Counted from the first letter of the stretch, positions 17,716-27,034 are shown. The stretch: 45,586 nt of DNA from a virus (IMGVR_UViG_2713896785_000028:1-45586), one strand, 5' to 3'. Made by a program: numbers and translations. The notes: generated by a model from the letters alone, not told the origin.

Positions 17716-18777
17716 TTCCATGCAAGTTTAGCTGGCAGCGCTATTAGCTCGGCGTAATAGGGCTATTCGTTAGGCTCTGTTAGTTCACCATATTTCGTCA
17801 AAACTTTTCTTTTCAACGCTACAGTTAACGTTAATCATTACAAAAACTACTGCTGATGTAAGTCTTGTGAACTGTTATTTCTGAAGAGCTTACTGTGATT
17901 TATTGCGACAACGGAGTTAGCGTACTCCCAATTTGTTCATTTTTATGTTGTTTTTTTTCACAATTTCCTGTGAGAAATCAGAAGTCTGGATGAAATAACG
18001 TAAATTGTATGCGTATGATACATATTTATACATATATTTAAATATGAAAACTAATTAGTTTTTGATGTCATATAAATTATCGGTAATATTACTCCCGACC
18101 CGAAAGGCAGCAAGTTTCTGTTCACAGGGGTGTTACCCGCTGTCTTGCGGGTCATTGCAGGCATCCGTTTAATCATAATGAAGGGCTGTTATCAGTATCA
18201 GTGTCATTATTGTGGTTACGGAGGCCTGCTCTATGTGCAGGTATCGTATAGTGGTTATTACATCAGCCTTAGGTTGGTAATGCCGGTTCGATTCCTGTTC
18301 TCCGCAACTTCATTGTTTTTTTGGACAAGTTTTTACAGCACTGGCGAATTTTCGTGAAGAACAGACCTGGCAGGTGGATTTGTTGTTCTTCATTCTGTAG
18401 ACCTGACCGCCTACAGTTTCAGTGCTTTTTTTGTAGTCATCCCTGCATGTTGCAGGGATGAGGTGATACCAGAATGCGTCGTTGTCTGTTTCCGGGCTTA
18501 CGATTTGCCAGTTTGCACAGCAGGCTGACGGCGCATTCTTATAACATCTATACAAGTAAACTCTGTTTCATCATTACATTGCGTTAGCCCGCCTTATGTG
18601 TGGGCATTTTTTTACCTATGCATATGGCTCGCTGCGGCGGGCCTTTTTCATATCCGCGCCACGCCTGGCGCACATCACATCAGATAGCGCCACACAAAAG
18701 GTATCTGCGGGTGCCTTTGACGGGGTGTTTTTTTACGGGCCGACAGAGGCCCTTTTTTATTTACAGGAGAAAAACGT

Positions 18778-19167
18778 ATGTCTGAACCCTTGTCCGGTTC
18801 CGGCACGGCTGCGGCGCTCGGCGGGGCGACGGTATTCGGGCTGTTTACCGGAACGGATTTCGGGATTGTGTTTGGTGCATTCGCAGGGGCGCTGTTTGTG
18901 GCCACGATACCACAGCAGATTTCTGTCTGGCGTGTGGCAGCGCATTTTCTGGTGTCGTTCATTGTTGGCGTGCTGGGGGCGGATGTGATGGCGTCTTACC
19001 TGGTTGAAAAACTGAATCTCCACAGCACATCTCTCGACGCGCTTTGCGCGGTACTGGTATCGGTGGTGTCGGTGAAGATTCTCTCATTCATCCACCAGCA
19101 GGATATCGCATCGCTGGTATCCGGGCTGTTCTCCCGTCTGCGGGGTGGAGGCGGCAATGTTAAATAA
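18778..19167 (+). CDS. Putative holin / lysis membrane protein
   Basis: 129 aa; Gly/Ala-rich transmembrane segments; GGAGAAAAAC RBS; first gene of the lysis cassette upstream of the endolysin. Confidence 0.5.
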   Translation: MSEPLSGSGTAAALGGATVFGLFTGTDFGIVFGAFAGALFVATIPQQISVWRVAAHFLVSFIVGVLGADVMASYLVEKLNLHSTSLDALCAVLVSVVSVKILSFIHQQDIASLVSGLFSRLRGGGGNVK

Positions 19168-19435
19168 CCTTCCCGGATTGCTGAATGTGGCGTCATGTAC
19201 GGTTATCGTGCTGACGCTCTTTTTTTATCGTCGTCGTGATTCCAGACATAAACCGCTGATGTCATGGCTGGCCTGGCTGCTGATGCTGCTGTATGCCTTT
19301 GCGCCCCTCAGCTATCTGTGTGGTCGCTTTCCACCCGGTAACTGGCTGGTCGTCCTGATTAACCTGGTGTTCTGCGTGCTGGTGATACGAGCACGCGGGA
19401 ACGTATCAAAAATCCTTGTATTACGAAGGCGCTGA
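19157..19435 (+). CDS. Putative holin (three TM segments, basic C-terminus)
   Basis: 92 aa from the ATG with a GGAGG RBS; three hydrophobic segments and a C-terminal RRR; ends 2 nt before the endolysin start. Confidence 0.5.
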   Translation: MLNNLPGLLNVASCTVIVLTLFFYRRRDSRHKPLMSWLAWLLMLLYAFAPLSYLCGRFPPGNWLVVLINLVFCVLVIRARGNVSKILVLRRR

Positions 19436-19436
19436 T

Positions 19437-19982
19437 ATGAAGTCGAAAGATGAAATTTTTGACGAAATTCTGGGAAAAGAGGGCGGTTACGTCAATCACC
19501 CGGATGATAAAGGTGGTCCGACTAAATGGGGCATCACTGAAAAAGTTGCCCGTGCACACGGTTATCAGGGCGATATGCGTGACCTGACGCGTGGGCAGGC
19601 GCTGGAAATACTCGAGGCGGACTACTGGTACGGACCACGATTCGACCAGGTTGAGGACCTGTCTCCTGATATTGCCGCAGAGTTGTGCGATACGGGCGTG
19701 AACATGGGGCCAACTGTGGCGTCCAGAATGCTTCAACGCTGGCTGAACGTTTTCAACCTGCGCGGGAAACTCTATCCGGATATGGATGCTGATGGACGCA
19801 TCGGGCCGCGTACTCTTAATGCATTACGGGCATATCTGAAAAATCGCAGCAGGGATGGTGAACTGGTACTGGTGAAAGCCCTGAACTGTACGCAGGGCGA
19901 GCGTTATCTGGAGCTGGCAGAGAAACGCGAGGCCAATGAGTCGTTTGTCTATGGCTGGATGAAAGAGCGCGTGGTGGTTTAA
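19437..19982 (+). CDS. Endolysin, glycoside hydrolase family 108-type muramidase with C-terminal peptidoglycan-binding region
   Basis: 181 aa; N-terminal signature EGGYVNHPDDKGGPTKWGIT typical of the GH108 family; GAAGG RBS. Confidence 0.85.
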   Translation: MKSKDEIFDEILGKEGGYVNHPDDKGGPTKWGITEKVARAHGYQGDMRDLTRGQALEILEADYWYGPRFDQVEDLSPDIAAELCDTGVNMGPTVASRMLQRWLNVFNLRGKLYPDMDADGRIGPRTLNALRAYLKNRSRDGELVLVKALNCTQGERYLELAEKREANESFVYGWMKERVVV

Positions 19983-20077
19983 AAACTGACACTGAAGTGC
20001 TGAACACCCTCAACTCATGCAGGCTCTTTTCTGGGGCTACGATGAGCGAAAGTAAGGGGCATAGCATCAGATAGCAA

Positions 20078-20112
20078 AAACCCCGGCTGCGGTAACAGTC
20101 CGGGGTTTTCTG
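20078..20112 (+). terminator. Rho-independent terminator after the endolysin gene
   Basis: CCCCGGCTGCGGTAACAGTCCGGGG hairpin followed by TTTTCTGTTTCT. Confidence 0.55.
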
Positions 20113-20178
20113 TTTCTGGCCCTGGGTAAGGCAAAGGAGAACATGAGGAAGTATAAACTAATTCTGTTGAGGTTGACT

Positions 20179-20325
20179 ATGAAAAACGGCCTTGAATTGA
20201 AAGCGCCTGTAACTGATGACATCAGCAGAGCGGTGGCTTTTGCCATTAAGTGGGTGGCGGTCGGTATCACTGTGTCTCCGATGCTGTATGGGATGGCAAA
20301 ATTGATCATTGCAGTGAAATCGTAA
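20179..20325 (+). CDS. Hypothetical small membrane protein (48 aa)
   Basis: Single hydrophobic segment (AVAFAIKWVAVGITVSPMLYGMAKLIIAV); start uncertain (track ORF from 20143). Confidence 0.3.
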   Translation: MKNGLELKAPVTDDISRAVAFAIKWVAVGITVSPMLYGMAKLIIAVKS

Positions 20326-20342
20326 GTGGGGCAGGGGTAAAT

Positions 20343-20477
20343 ATGTCAGATAGCATTATAAAACTGGCGCGAATTCTCTGTGTGGTTGTTGGCCTTTCAT
20401 TTTCAGCAATGTTGGTTGCCATTTTCATTTCCACCGCCTGGCGAGTATTGAGCTTATCCGGATTGATTGGTGGATAG
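20343..20477 (+). CDS. Hypothetical small membrane protein (44 aa)
   Basis: Internal ATG of track ORF 20250..20477; single TM (ILCVVVGLSFSAMLVAIFISTAW). Confidence 0.3.
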   Translation: MSDSIIKLARILCVVVGLSFSAMLVAIFISTAWRVLSLSGLIGG

Positions 20478-20481
20478 TGAG

Positions 20482-20664
20482 ATGAAGCGAAAACACTGGA
20501 CACACAGAATGCCGAGAACGGCGGCGAAATGGGCACTGGTAGCGATACTGGTGCCTTTTTTCCTGGTGGGATGCGTCAGCCTGGATAAGGCGCGCCAGCT
20601 TTTCGATACAGCTTCTCAGGTCTGTGAAATTGTCGACGGTGTTCGGCAGTGTATGCAGAACTGA
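20482..20664 (+). CDS. Small lipoprotein, possible spanin-like lysis accessory
   Basis: 60 aa; signal peptide with lipobox FLVGC and two further Cys in the mature part; no proline-rich region. Confidence 0.4.
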   Translation: MKRKHWTHRMPRTAAKWALVAILVPFFLVGCVSLDKARQLFDTASQVCEIVDGVRQCMQN

Positions 20665-20837
20665 TCGCCTGTAAGAGCAGAATATTTTGCTGAAAAATGA
20701 AGGATACGCCGGCGTCCGGAAAGCATGAAATTCTGCTGCGTGTGCCAATTTTATCTTATTCATTCTAAATCTTGCCGAATCAAGATGAACTTTGATCAAC
20801 TGCCTGGCGGCAAGGGGCATTAAAACAGGAGAAAATT

Positions 20838-20945
20838 ATGTGGAAACCTACAGGTGACAAGTTAATCACCGCGTTGATTGACGGCAAGCCACAATACTTA
20901 CGCATTGAAATGAGTGGTCAGCATGCTCGTTTGATTCGTGAGTAA
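20838..20945 (+). CDS. Hypothetical 35-aa protein
   Basis: Hand-translated ORF (MWKPTGDKLITALIDGKPQYLRIEMSGQHARLIRE) with an AGGAGA RBS 5 nt upstream; below the track cutoff. Confidence 0.25.
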   Translation: MWKPTGDKLITALIDGKPQYLRIEMSGQHARLIRE

Positions 20946-21089
20946 CAGGCATTACAGCAGCCCTTCAGTGTGAGGGGCTGCGATAATGCCAAAGCTCGTT
21001 ATCAGCACCCGCCGCGCACCCAGCGCACTGGCCGATAGCGGGCTTTTTTATGGATAACTGAAGCAGGAGAAAGAGCAGGGCGGTGACTG

Positions 21090-22181
21090 ATGAAAGAGTC
21101 GGACTGGAAAATCATAAGACACCGACTGGAAACCGGGGATGCCTCCGCCAGAGAATTGGGCAAGGAGTATGGAGTCAGTCATACAACGATAAATAACAGA
21201 GCCAGAAAGGAAGGCTGGAAAAAGCCTGGAAATAAAGTTTCCACTAAAAAGGTTTCCACACGAAAAGTGGAAAGTGGAAACTCGGAAACTGACAACTCGC
21301 CACCTCCCCAAAGAACAGGCGGGCACAAATCAAAAAATACCAGATTCGCCCCCTCATCTGATGATACTGATATCCCTTTTAACCCCGATGAATTCGGCAT
21401 TTCTGACCAGCAGGCTAAGTTTGCGATGCTTGTTGCTCAAGGGAAAAAGCCGACAGAGGCATACCGACTGGCTGGGTATGAAGGGCAAGGTGCGACAGCT
21501 AACAGCAACGCCAGCCGTATGCTTAGAAATGCCAGGGTTTATCGTGCTATCAGCTACTTCCGCAATCAGTATCAGAAACGCTATACCGCAGACCTGGATT
21601 TACTGGTGAGTCAGTTGATGGCCATTGTCCAGGCCGACCCCAATCAGTTGGCACAATTTCGCCGTGTTAACTGCCGTTATTGCTGGGGCGAGAATCATCT
21701 CTACCAGTGGCGTGATATTGCAGAATTCGATAAGGCAGCGGCACAGGCCTCCAGAGATGGCAAACCCGAGCCGGAATCTGGAGGCCTCGGCTTTGTTGAT
21801 AACGCCATACCCAATCCGGATTGTCCGAAGTGCTGCGGTGAGGGAACGGGACAGCTTTATATGGCTGATACCACTCTGCTTGATGGGGATGCGCGACAAT
21901 TATATGCAGGGGCAAAGCTCGGGAAATTTGGTGTTGAGATCCTGCTGGAGGATAAGGCTGCCGCCCGGCGCGAACTTATCAAGCTGATAATGGCGACGAA
22001 AGGAAGTTCTGCTGGTGGTGCAACTGACAGTCGCAATGATCTGGAGCTTGAAGGACTGAGGCTTCGCAACGAAAAGCTGCGCACTGAGATTGAAAACCTC
22101 AAAAAAGGCGTGGGTGGTGAGAATAACGAAATAATTATCCACAACTCTCTGCCGATGCCGGGAGTGGATAATGTCGATTGA
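21090..22181 (+). CDS. terS: Terminase small subunit
   Basis: 363 aa; N-terminal HTH-like region (ELGKEYGVSHTTINNR); Cys cluster CRYCWGE...CPKCCGEG; overlaps the start of the large-subunit gene. Confidence 0.7.
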   Translation: MKESDWKIIRHRLETGDASARELGKEYGVSHTTINNRARKEGWKKPGNKVSTKKVSTRKVESGNSETDNSPPPQRTGGHKSKNTRFAPSSDDTDIPFNPDEFGISDQQAKFAMLVAQGKKPTEAYRLAGYEGQGATANSNASRMLRNARVYRAISYFRNQYQKRYTADLDLLVSQLMAIVQADPNQLAQFRRVNCRYCWGENHLYQWRDIAEFDKAAAQASRDGKPEPESGGLGFVDNAIPNPDCPKCCGEGTGQLYMADTTLLDGDARQLYAGAKLGKFGVEILLEDKAAARRELIKLIMATKGSSAGGATDSRNDLELEGLRLRNEKLRTEIENLKKGVGGENNEIIIHNSLPMPGVDNVD

Positions 22182-23499
22182 AATCTACCTCCCAAAACCT
22201 CATGAGGGGCAAATAGCTGCATGGACGGCGGCAATAGAGGAACGCTTCCACGCGGTATGCTGTGGTCGTCGCTGGGGTAAAACGGTGATGCTGGTAAACA
22301 TCGCTACCAGTTTCGCTACGCGGAAATTTGCCGTTCCTACCACCGGGCAACTTATCGCGGGTAGGGTGGGGATTTTTACCGCACAATACCGCCAGTACCA
22401 GGAAATCTGGGATGAAATTAGCGCCGTTCTGCAACCGCTGATCCTCAGCCAGTCAAAAAATGAAAAGCGCATTATTCTCCGTAATGGGGGGCGCATCGAC
22501 TTTTGGGTAACGGACAATAACAAACTGGCCGGGCGTGGGCGTAAATATCACGCTGTGCTGATTGATGAGGCAGCATTCACTAAATCGCCGGAAATGCTCG
22601 AGGAAATCTGGCCCCGAGCTATACGCCCGACGCTTGTCGATTACCGCGGCTGTGCGTGGGTATTTTCCACACCAAACGGTATCGACGAGAGCAATTTTTT
22701 CTACGCGATATGCCACGATGAATCCCTGGGATTTGTCATGCACCATGCGCCAACTTCATCGAATCCGTATATTCCGAAAGAAGAACTGGAGGAAACGGAG
22801 AAGAAATCCGATCCGCGCGTCTGGCAGCAGGAATATCTTGCCGAGTTCGTGGACTGGTCCAAAGACGCGTTACTCGATGTCGATAAGCTGCTGGTGGACG
22901 GTCAGCCGATTGAGATGCCGCCGTACTGCGACATGATTTTCGCAGTGATGGATACGGCGCTGAAAGGCGGGACCGAAAATGATGGTACTGGCGTGTTGTA
23001 TTTCGCTTATGAGTCAACGTATTCGGAAGAGCCAAAACTGACGATTATTGACTGGGATGTGACGCAAATTAAAGCGTCATTGCTTCCTGAATATATCCCC
23101 GGCGTTTATGACAACCTTGAGCGCCTCGCGAAATTATGCCGTCCGCGTCTGGGCAGCCAGGGAATTTTTATGGAAGACGCCGCGATGGGGGCAATCCTCA
23201 ACCAGAAGGCGGAAACCGAAGGCTGGGATATGACGCCGATTAAATCGGCACTAACCAGCAAGGGCAAAGACGAACGGGCGGTGATGGCATCCAGCTACCA
23301 CTATCAGGGGATGTGCAAAATCGTCCGGGAGGCTTACGACAAGACCGTTTCATTCAAGCGCACCACCGCAAACCACCTCATAAAACAAATCGCCGGATTC
23401 CACCTGGCGGATAAAGACGCGCATAAACGTGCTGATGACCTTTTCGATTGTTACACCTATGGATTGATCATCGCGCACGGTAATTACGCGGAGTTGTAA
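22171..23499 (+). CDS. terL: Terminase large subunit (ATPase/nuclease)
   Basis: 442 aa; Walker A-like CCGRRWGKT near the N-terminus; Asp-rich C-terminal nuclease-like region; conserved terS-terL-portal order. Confidence 0.85.
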   Translation: MSIEIYLPKPHEGQIAAWTAAIEERFHAVCCGRRWGKTVMLVNIATSFATRKFAVPTTGQLIAGRVGIFTAQYRQYQEIWDEISAVLQPLILSQSKNEKRIILRNGGRIDFWVTDNNKLAGRGRKYHAVLIDEAAFTKSPEMLEEIWPRAIRPTLVDYRGCAWVFSTPNGIDESNFFYAICHDESLGFVMHHAPTSSNPYIPKEELEETEKKSDPRVWQQEYLAEFVDWSKDALLDVDKLLVDGQPIEMPPYCDMIFAVMDTALKGGTENDGTGVLYFAYESTYSEEPKLTIIDWDVTQIKASLLPEYIPGVYDNLERLAKLCRPRLGSQGIFMEDAAMGAILNQKAETEGWDMTPIKSALTSKGKDERAVMASSYHYQGMCKIVREAYDKTVSFKRTTANHLIKQIAGFHLADKDAHKRADDLFDCYTYGLIIAHGNYAEL

Positions 23500-23516
23500 A
23501 AATCAGGATATTTTTG

Positions 23517-24953
23517 ATGGCAGAGATCGAGATTACTGGCGGCCTCGGTTCAGCACTGATGCGTATTCTTGAGGCTGAAGAAATTCAGCCGGGAACCGAT
23601 ATTGGCTATGAATTGTGTAAGCTGCTGTGGCAATTCCATCCTCTGGGCGGAAAACTTGTCGAAAAACCCATACTGATGGCGATGTGTAAGCCGCGACAGT
23701 ATAACGTGGAGACAGATCCTGACGAGAGGGTTGTGCGGCGTTTCCAGGAGGTATGGGAACGTATGAGGGTCAACGAGAAGATAAAAAATCTGTTTTTTCT
23801 GTCTCGTTGCTACGGTGCTGCAGCGATCGGCGTGGGCACCGACAGTGTTTCATGTCGTGAGCCGCTTCCGACATTCGGGCTGACAGAAGAGGATGTGTAT
23901 ATCAACGCGTGGGATCCGTTGAACGCTTCCGGTTCGATGGTGACTGACCAGAACCCAAACAGTCCGTTTTTCCAGGAAGCCAACAAAAGGCTGAAGATTG
24001 GCGGAAAAGACTGGCATCCGTCACGCACACTGAAAATCTTCAACGGCACACCGATTTATCTGGAGTTTCAGAGTTCATCGTTCGGATTCACCGGACGAAG
24101 TGTGTTTCAGCGCGTTCTTTATTCCCTGAAATCCTATATCAACACGATGGAGGCGAATGATCTCGTCAGTCAGAAGGCGGGCGTACTGGTAGCTAAAGTT
24201 GTGCAGTCCGGTTCGAAAATGGACGGGATCATGGCTGCTGCCACGGGGCGTAAAAGGGAAAACGTGAAAGCCGCCAAAAATAAAGGCGTGTTGAGTATTG
24301 GAAAAGACGAAGACGTAAGTTCACTGAACCTGCAAAACATCGACGGGGCGCTGAATACTGCCCGCGGCAATATCATTGCTGATATTGCCGCCGGGAGTGA
24401 CGTTCCGGCCATTATTATCAAGGAAGAAGCATTCAGTAACGGATTCGGTGAAGGTAAGGAGGACTCGAAAGCACTCAGCCAGTATATCGATGGTGTACGC
24501 CAGCAGATTGAACCTGTGATGGATTATTTCGAACGCCTGGTGCAGTACATCGCCTGGAACGAGGAATTTTATCAGTCGCTGAAAAATGATTACCCGGACA
24601 TCATAACCGAGGACTATAAAACCACGTTTTACCAGTGGCGGCGCGAGTTTACCGCGACGTGGCAGGAGCTGGTGGAGGAGTCGCCGGACAAACGCCGGGA
24701 AAGCGACAGTAAAGTGATTCAACAGGCGATAGCACTTTTCTCTGCCGTGTCGCTACAGGTTGATCCTGAAAACCGTGCCGCCGTCACTGAATGGCTGGCA
24801 AGCCTTGTTAATGCCACGCAGACCTATGGCGAAGCTCCACTCATCATTGATGTGGACGCCCTGGCGAATTATGAACCACCGAAGCAGGAGACGCCTGATG
24901 GCAATTTCCAGCCGGGCGGGGAGGAAGAAGAAACGGATCAGGACGCTGTATGA
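23517..24953 (+). CDS. Portal protein (putative)
   Basis: 478 aa directly after terL; acidic C-terminus; assignment by position and size. Confidence 0.55.
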   Translation: MAEIEITGGLGSALMRILEAEEIQPGTDIGYELCKLLWQFHPLGGKLVEKPILMAMCKPRQYNVETDPDERVVRRFQEVWERMRVNEKIKNLFFLSRCYGAAAIGVGTDSVSCREPLPTFGLTEEDVYINAWDPLNASGSMVTDQNPNSPFFQEANKRLKIGGKDWHPSRTLKIFNGTPIYLEFQSSSFGFTGRSVFQRVLYSLKSYINTMEANDLVSQKAGVLVAKVVQSGSKMDGIMAAATGRKRENVKAAKNKGVLSIGKDEDVSSLNLQNIDGALNTARGNIIADIAAGSDVPAIIIKEEAFSNGFGEGKEDSKALSQYIDGVRQQIEPVMDYFERLVQYIAWNEEFYQSLKNDYPDIITEDYKTTFYQWRREFTATWQELVEESPDKRRESDSKVIQQAIALFSAVSLQVDPENRAAVTEWLASLVNATQTYGEAPLIIDVDALANYEPPKQETPDGNFQPGGEEEETDQDAV

Positions 24954-25731
24954 GGTTCTGACGGATGCCGTTAACTACTACGTAAATCACGGGTGGGATA
25001 GCGAAAAATCATTGCTCGAATGGTGCCGGAAACTCCGTGTAGCCGCTCAGCGAGAAACCCCTGATGATACCGTAGCCAGAAAACATCTCACCGCTATCTA
25101 CAGCCGTCTTGTCATCGACGGCGGGGCATTACGGGATCAGCCTCCTGACGGCCCTAAAAAAATCACTGTTGAAAAACTGAAACCTGAGTTTCGCAAGGAA
25201 CTCGACAGGCGAATTTTCGCCAGTGCCAACCTGATAAAACTCAACCGCGAACAGGCTATCGAGAAAACCATACAGCGTTTTCAGGGATGGGTTACGTCCA
25301 TTCCGCCTGACGGGGTGAGCGAAATTGATCGCCGGGAAGTGAAGTCCGGTTTTCAGAAGTCCGTGAAGGATATGGATTTTATCAGTCGCCGGGTGGCAAT
25401 TGACCAGGGACATAAGCTGGCGAGCAACGTTAAGTATCTGCTGGCTGTTCAGAGTGGTGCGATTGCTCTGCGCTGGCATTCTAACTGGCGGCGTCCGGGC
25501 TACAAATACCGACAGGACCACAAAGAGCGCGACGAGAAAATTTATCTCCTCCGCGATTCGTGGGCGCTGGAGCAGGGGCTGATTAAGCCCGTATATGGTT
25601 TTTATGACGAAATCACTGCTGCCGGGGAGGAGGTTTATTGCAGTTGCGATGCACTGCCGATCTACGCCCCTCAGAAACTACCCGACGAATTTTTAACGGA
25701 GAAGGGCAAACGTGAGTTTAACCGAGCTTGA
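24898..25731 (+). CDS. Head morphogenesis / minor head protein (putative)
   Basis: 277 aa from the ATG with an AGGAG RBS (track ORF from 24760 overlaps the portal in another frame); position after the portal. Confidence 0.4.
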   Translation: MAISSRAGRKKKRIRTLYEVLTDAVNYYVNHGWDSEKSLLEWCRKLRVAAQRETPDDTVARKHLTAIYSRLVIDGGALRDQPPDGPKKITVEKLKPEFRKELDRRIFASANLIKLNREQAIEKTIQRFQGWVTSIPPDGVSEIDRREVKSGFQKSVKDMDFISRRVAIDQGHKLASNVKYLLAVQSGAIALRWHSNWRRPGYKYRQDHKERDEKIYLLRDSWALEQGLIKPVYGFYDEITAAGEEVYCSCDALPIYAPQKLPDEFLTEKGKREFNRA

Positions 25732-27034
25732 AGTGGCAGAACGCATCAGGGACGGAACCGTACCGTCTCCGGTGAAATTCTCCAACATGTGGCTGGTGAA
25801 TTTGCGAATAACCGGAACCGGGCTTGCCTATCGCGCCGGGCTGAAAGAGCACGTCTGGCGTGATCCAAAGCTCTATCTGAACGAGGAGTTTTTAAGGCGA
25901 TGCAATGGCCTTCCGGTTATCGCAAACCATCCTGACGACGCAGTTCTGACGGAGGAGGATTTTAAATCGCGGATCGTCGGTAGCGTCATGCTGCCGTATA
26001 TCCGGGGTGATGAGGTATGGGCGGTGTGCCGCGTTTACCTCCAGAGCATTGTTGAAGAAATCACTGAGGGGGATGTTTCGACAAGCCCGTCGGTGGTGTT
26101 CAACAGCACATCAGGAAATGTGGAAGTACAGGAAGGTGACACCAATTTTTTAATCGAGGGCGTTCCTTTCCTTGTTGATCACATCGCCCTGGTGACGAAA
26201 GACCACGGCTCACTGGGCGTGTGGGATAAAGACCGGATCCCCGCAGGGGTTGAAGTGACAAACACAGGTGAAATCGAGATGGAAAAAGAAGAACTCCAGG
26301 CCCTGTTACAGGGGGTGGTGAACGATGCCCTGAGCGGCATTAATCAGAAAATCGATGGAGTAGTCACGCGCATGGACTCACTGGAACAGCGGGACAAAGC
26401 GCGGGCGGATGCTGAAGAGCAGGCGAAAAAAGAGGTCGAAGAAAAGGCCAAAGCCGATGAAGCCGCAGAGGAACAGCGTAAAGCTGATGAAGCTGCGGCA
26501 AAGGAGCCGGAAGAAAAAGCCAAAGCTGACGAGGCAGCAGCCAAAGACGCTGAGGAGAAAGCAAAGGCTGATTCCGAAGCAGAAGAACAGCGTAAGGCCG
26601 ACGAGGAGGCAGAAAAAGAACGCAATGATTCTGCCCTGGCAGAAGCGCAGGCAAAAGCCGACTCCGCATTCAGAGCCTGCGGTAAAAACGCGCCAGCACC
26701 GTTTTCTGGTGAAAATGCGCTGGACTACCGCAAGCGTGCGCTAATCGCTATGCAGAAACACTCTCCGGCACATAAGGACGTCAATATTCGCGCGATTGCG
26801 GATTCTGCAACGCTGGCTGTGCTTGAGGACGCAATTTTCAGTGCCGCCCGTCAGTCCATCGAAAAAGAAATGATGAGTACGCAGGGGCAACTGCATAAAC
26901 GTATCCGCAACGATGAAGCCGGACGTCGCATTACTGAATATCAGGGCGATCCGAACGTCTGGCTGAGTGCTTTCAAAATTCCGGGGCGTCGTCTGGCAAA
27001 AATTAACACTCAAGGGAGCCTGAACAATGGCTGA
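25712..27034 (+). CDS. Capsid scaffolding / maturation protein with Ala-Glu-Lys-rich coiled-coil repeats
   Basis: 440 aa; central tandem repeats (EEQRKADEAAAKEPEEKAKADEAAAKDAEEKAKAD...); position before the major capsid gene. Confidence 0.45.
   Translation: MSLTELEVAERIRDGTVPSPVKFSNMWLVNLRITGTGLAYRAGLKEHVWRDPKLYLNEEFLRRCNGLPVIANHPDDAVLTEEDFKSRIVGSVMLPYIRGDEVWAVCRVYLQSIVEEITEGDVSTSPSVVFNSTSGNVEVQEGDTNFLIEGVPFLVDHIALVTKDHGSLGVWDKDRIPAGVEVTNTGEIEMEKEELQALLQGVVNDALSGINQKIDGVVTRMDSLEQRDKARADAEEQAKKEVEEKAKADEAAEEQRKADEAAAKEPEEKAKADEAAAKDAEEKAKADSEAEEQRKADEEAEKERNDSALAEAQAKADSAFRACGKNAPAPFSGENALDYRKRALIAMQKHSPAHKDVNIRAIADSATLAVLEDAIFSAARQSIEKEMMSTQGQLHKRIRNDEAGRRITEYQGDPNVWLSAFKIPGRRLAKINTQGSLNNG

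Noticed and set aside
18310-18555. Minus-strand 81-aa Cys-containing ORF in the non-coding interval after the tRNAs
   Set aside because: Begins at a TTG with no RBS, overlaps the degenerate tRNA-like remnant, and has no ATG near its start; most likely a chance ORF
17716-18777. Shiga-toxin or other toxin genes downstream of Q and the tRNAs
   Set aside because: No ORF with a signal peptide or A/B-subunit-like size is present; the interval is essentially non-coding
20425-20820. Minus-strand 131-aa ORF overlapping the small lysis-adjacent genes
   Set aside because: Antisense to three plus-strand ORFs with good starts, and no RBS; likely spurious
21179-22434. Multiple overlapping ORFs on both strands within the terminase small-subunit region
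   Set aside because: Embedded in or antisense to the terS/terL coding frames, which carry clear terminase motifs
26398-26640. Possible CRISPR array
   Set aside because: The repeats are imperfect, in-frame and protein-coding, with no spacer structure and no cas genes; no CRISPR array is present in the window
26344-26744. Antisense and alternative-frame ORFs with Ser/Ala- or Lys/Arg-rich translations in the scaffold repeat region
   Set aside because: Artefacts of the GAA/GCN-rich coding repeats of the scaffold-like gene
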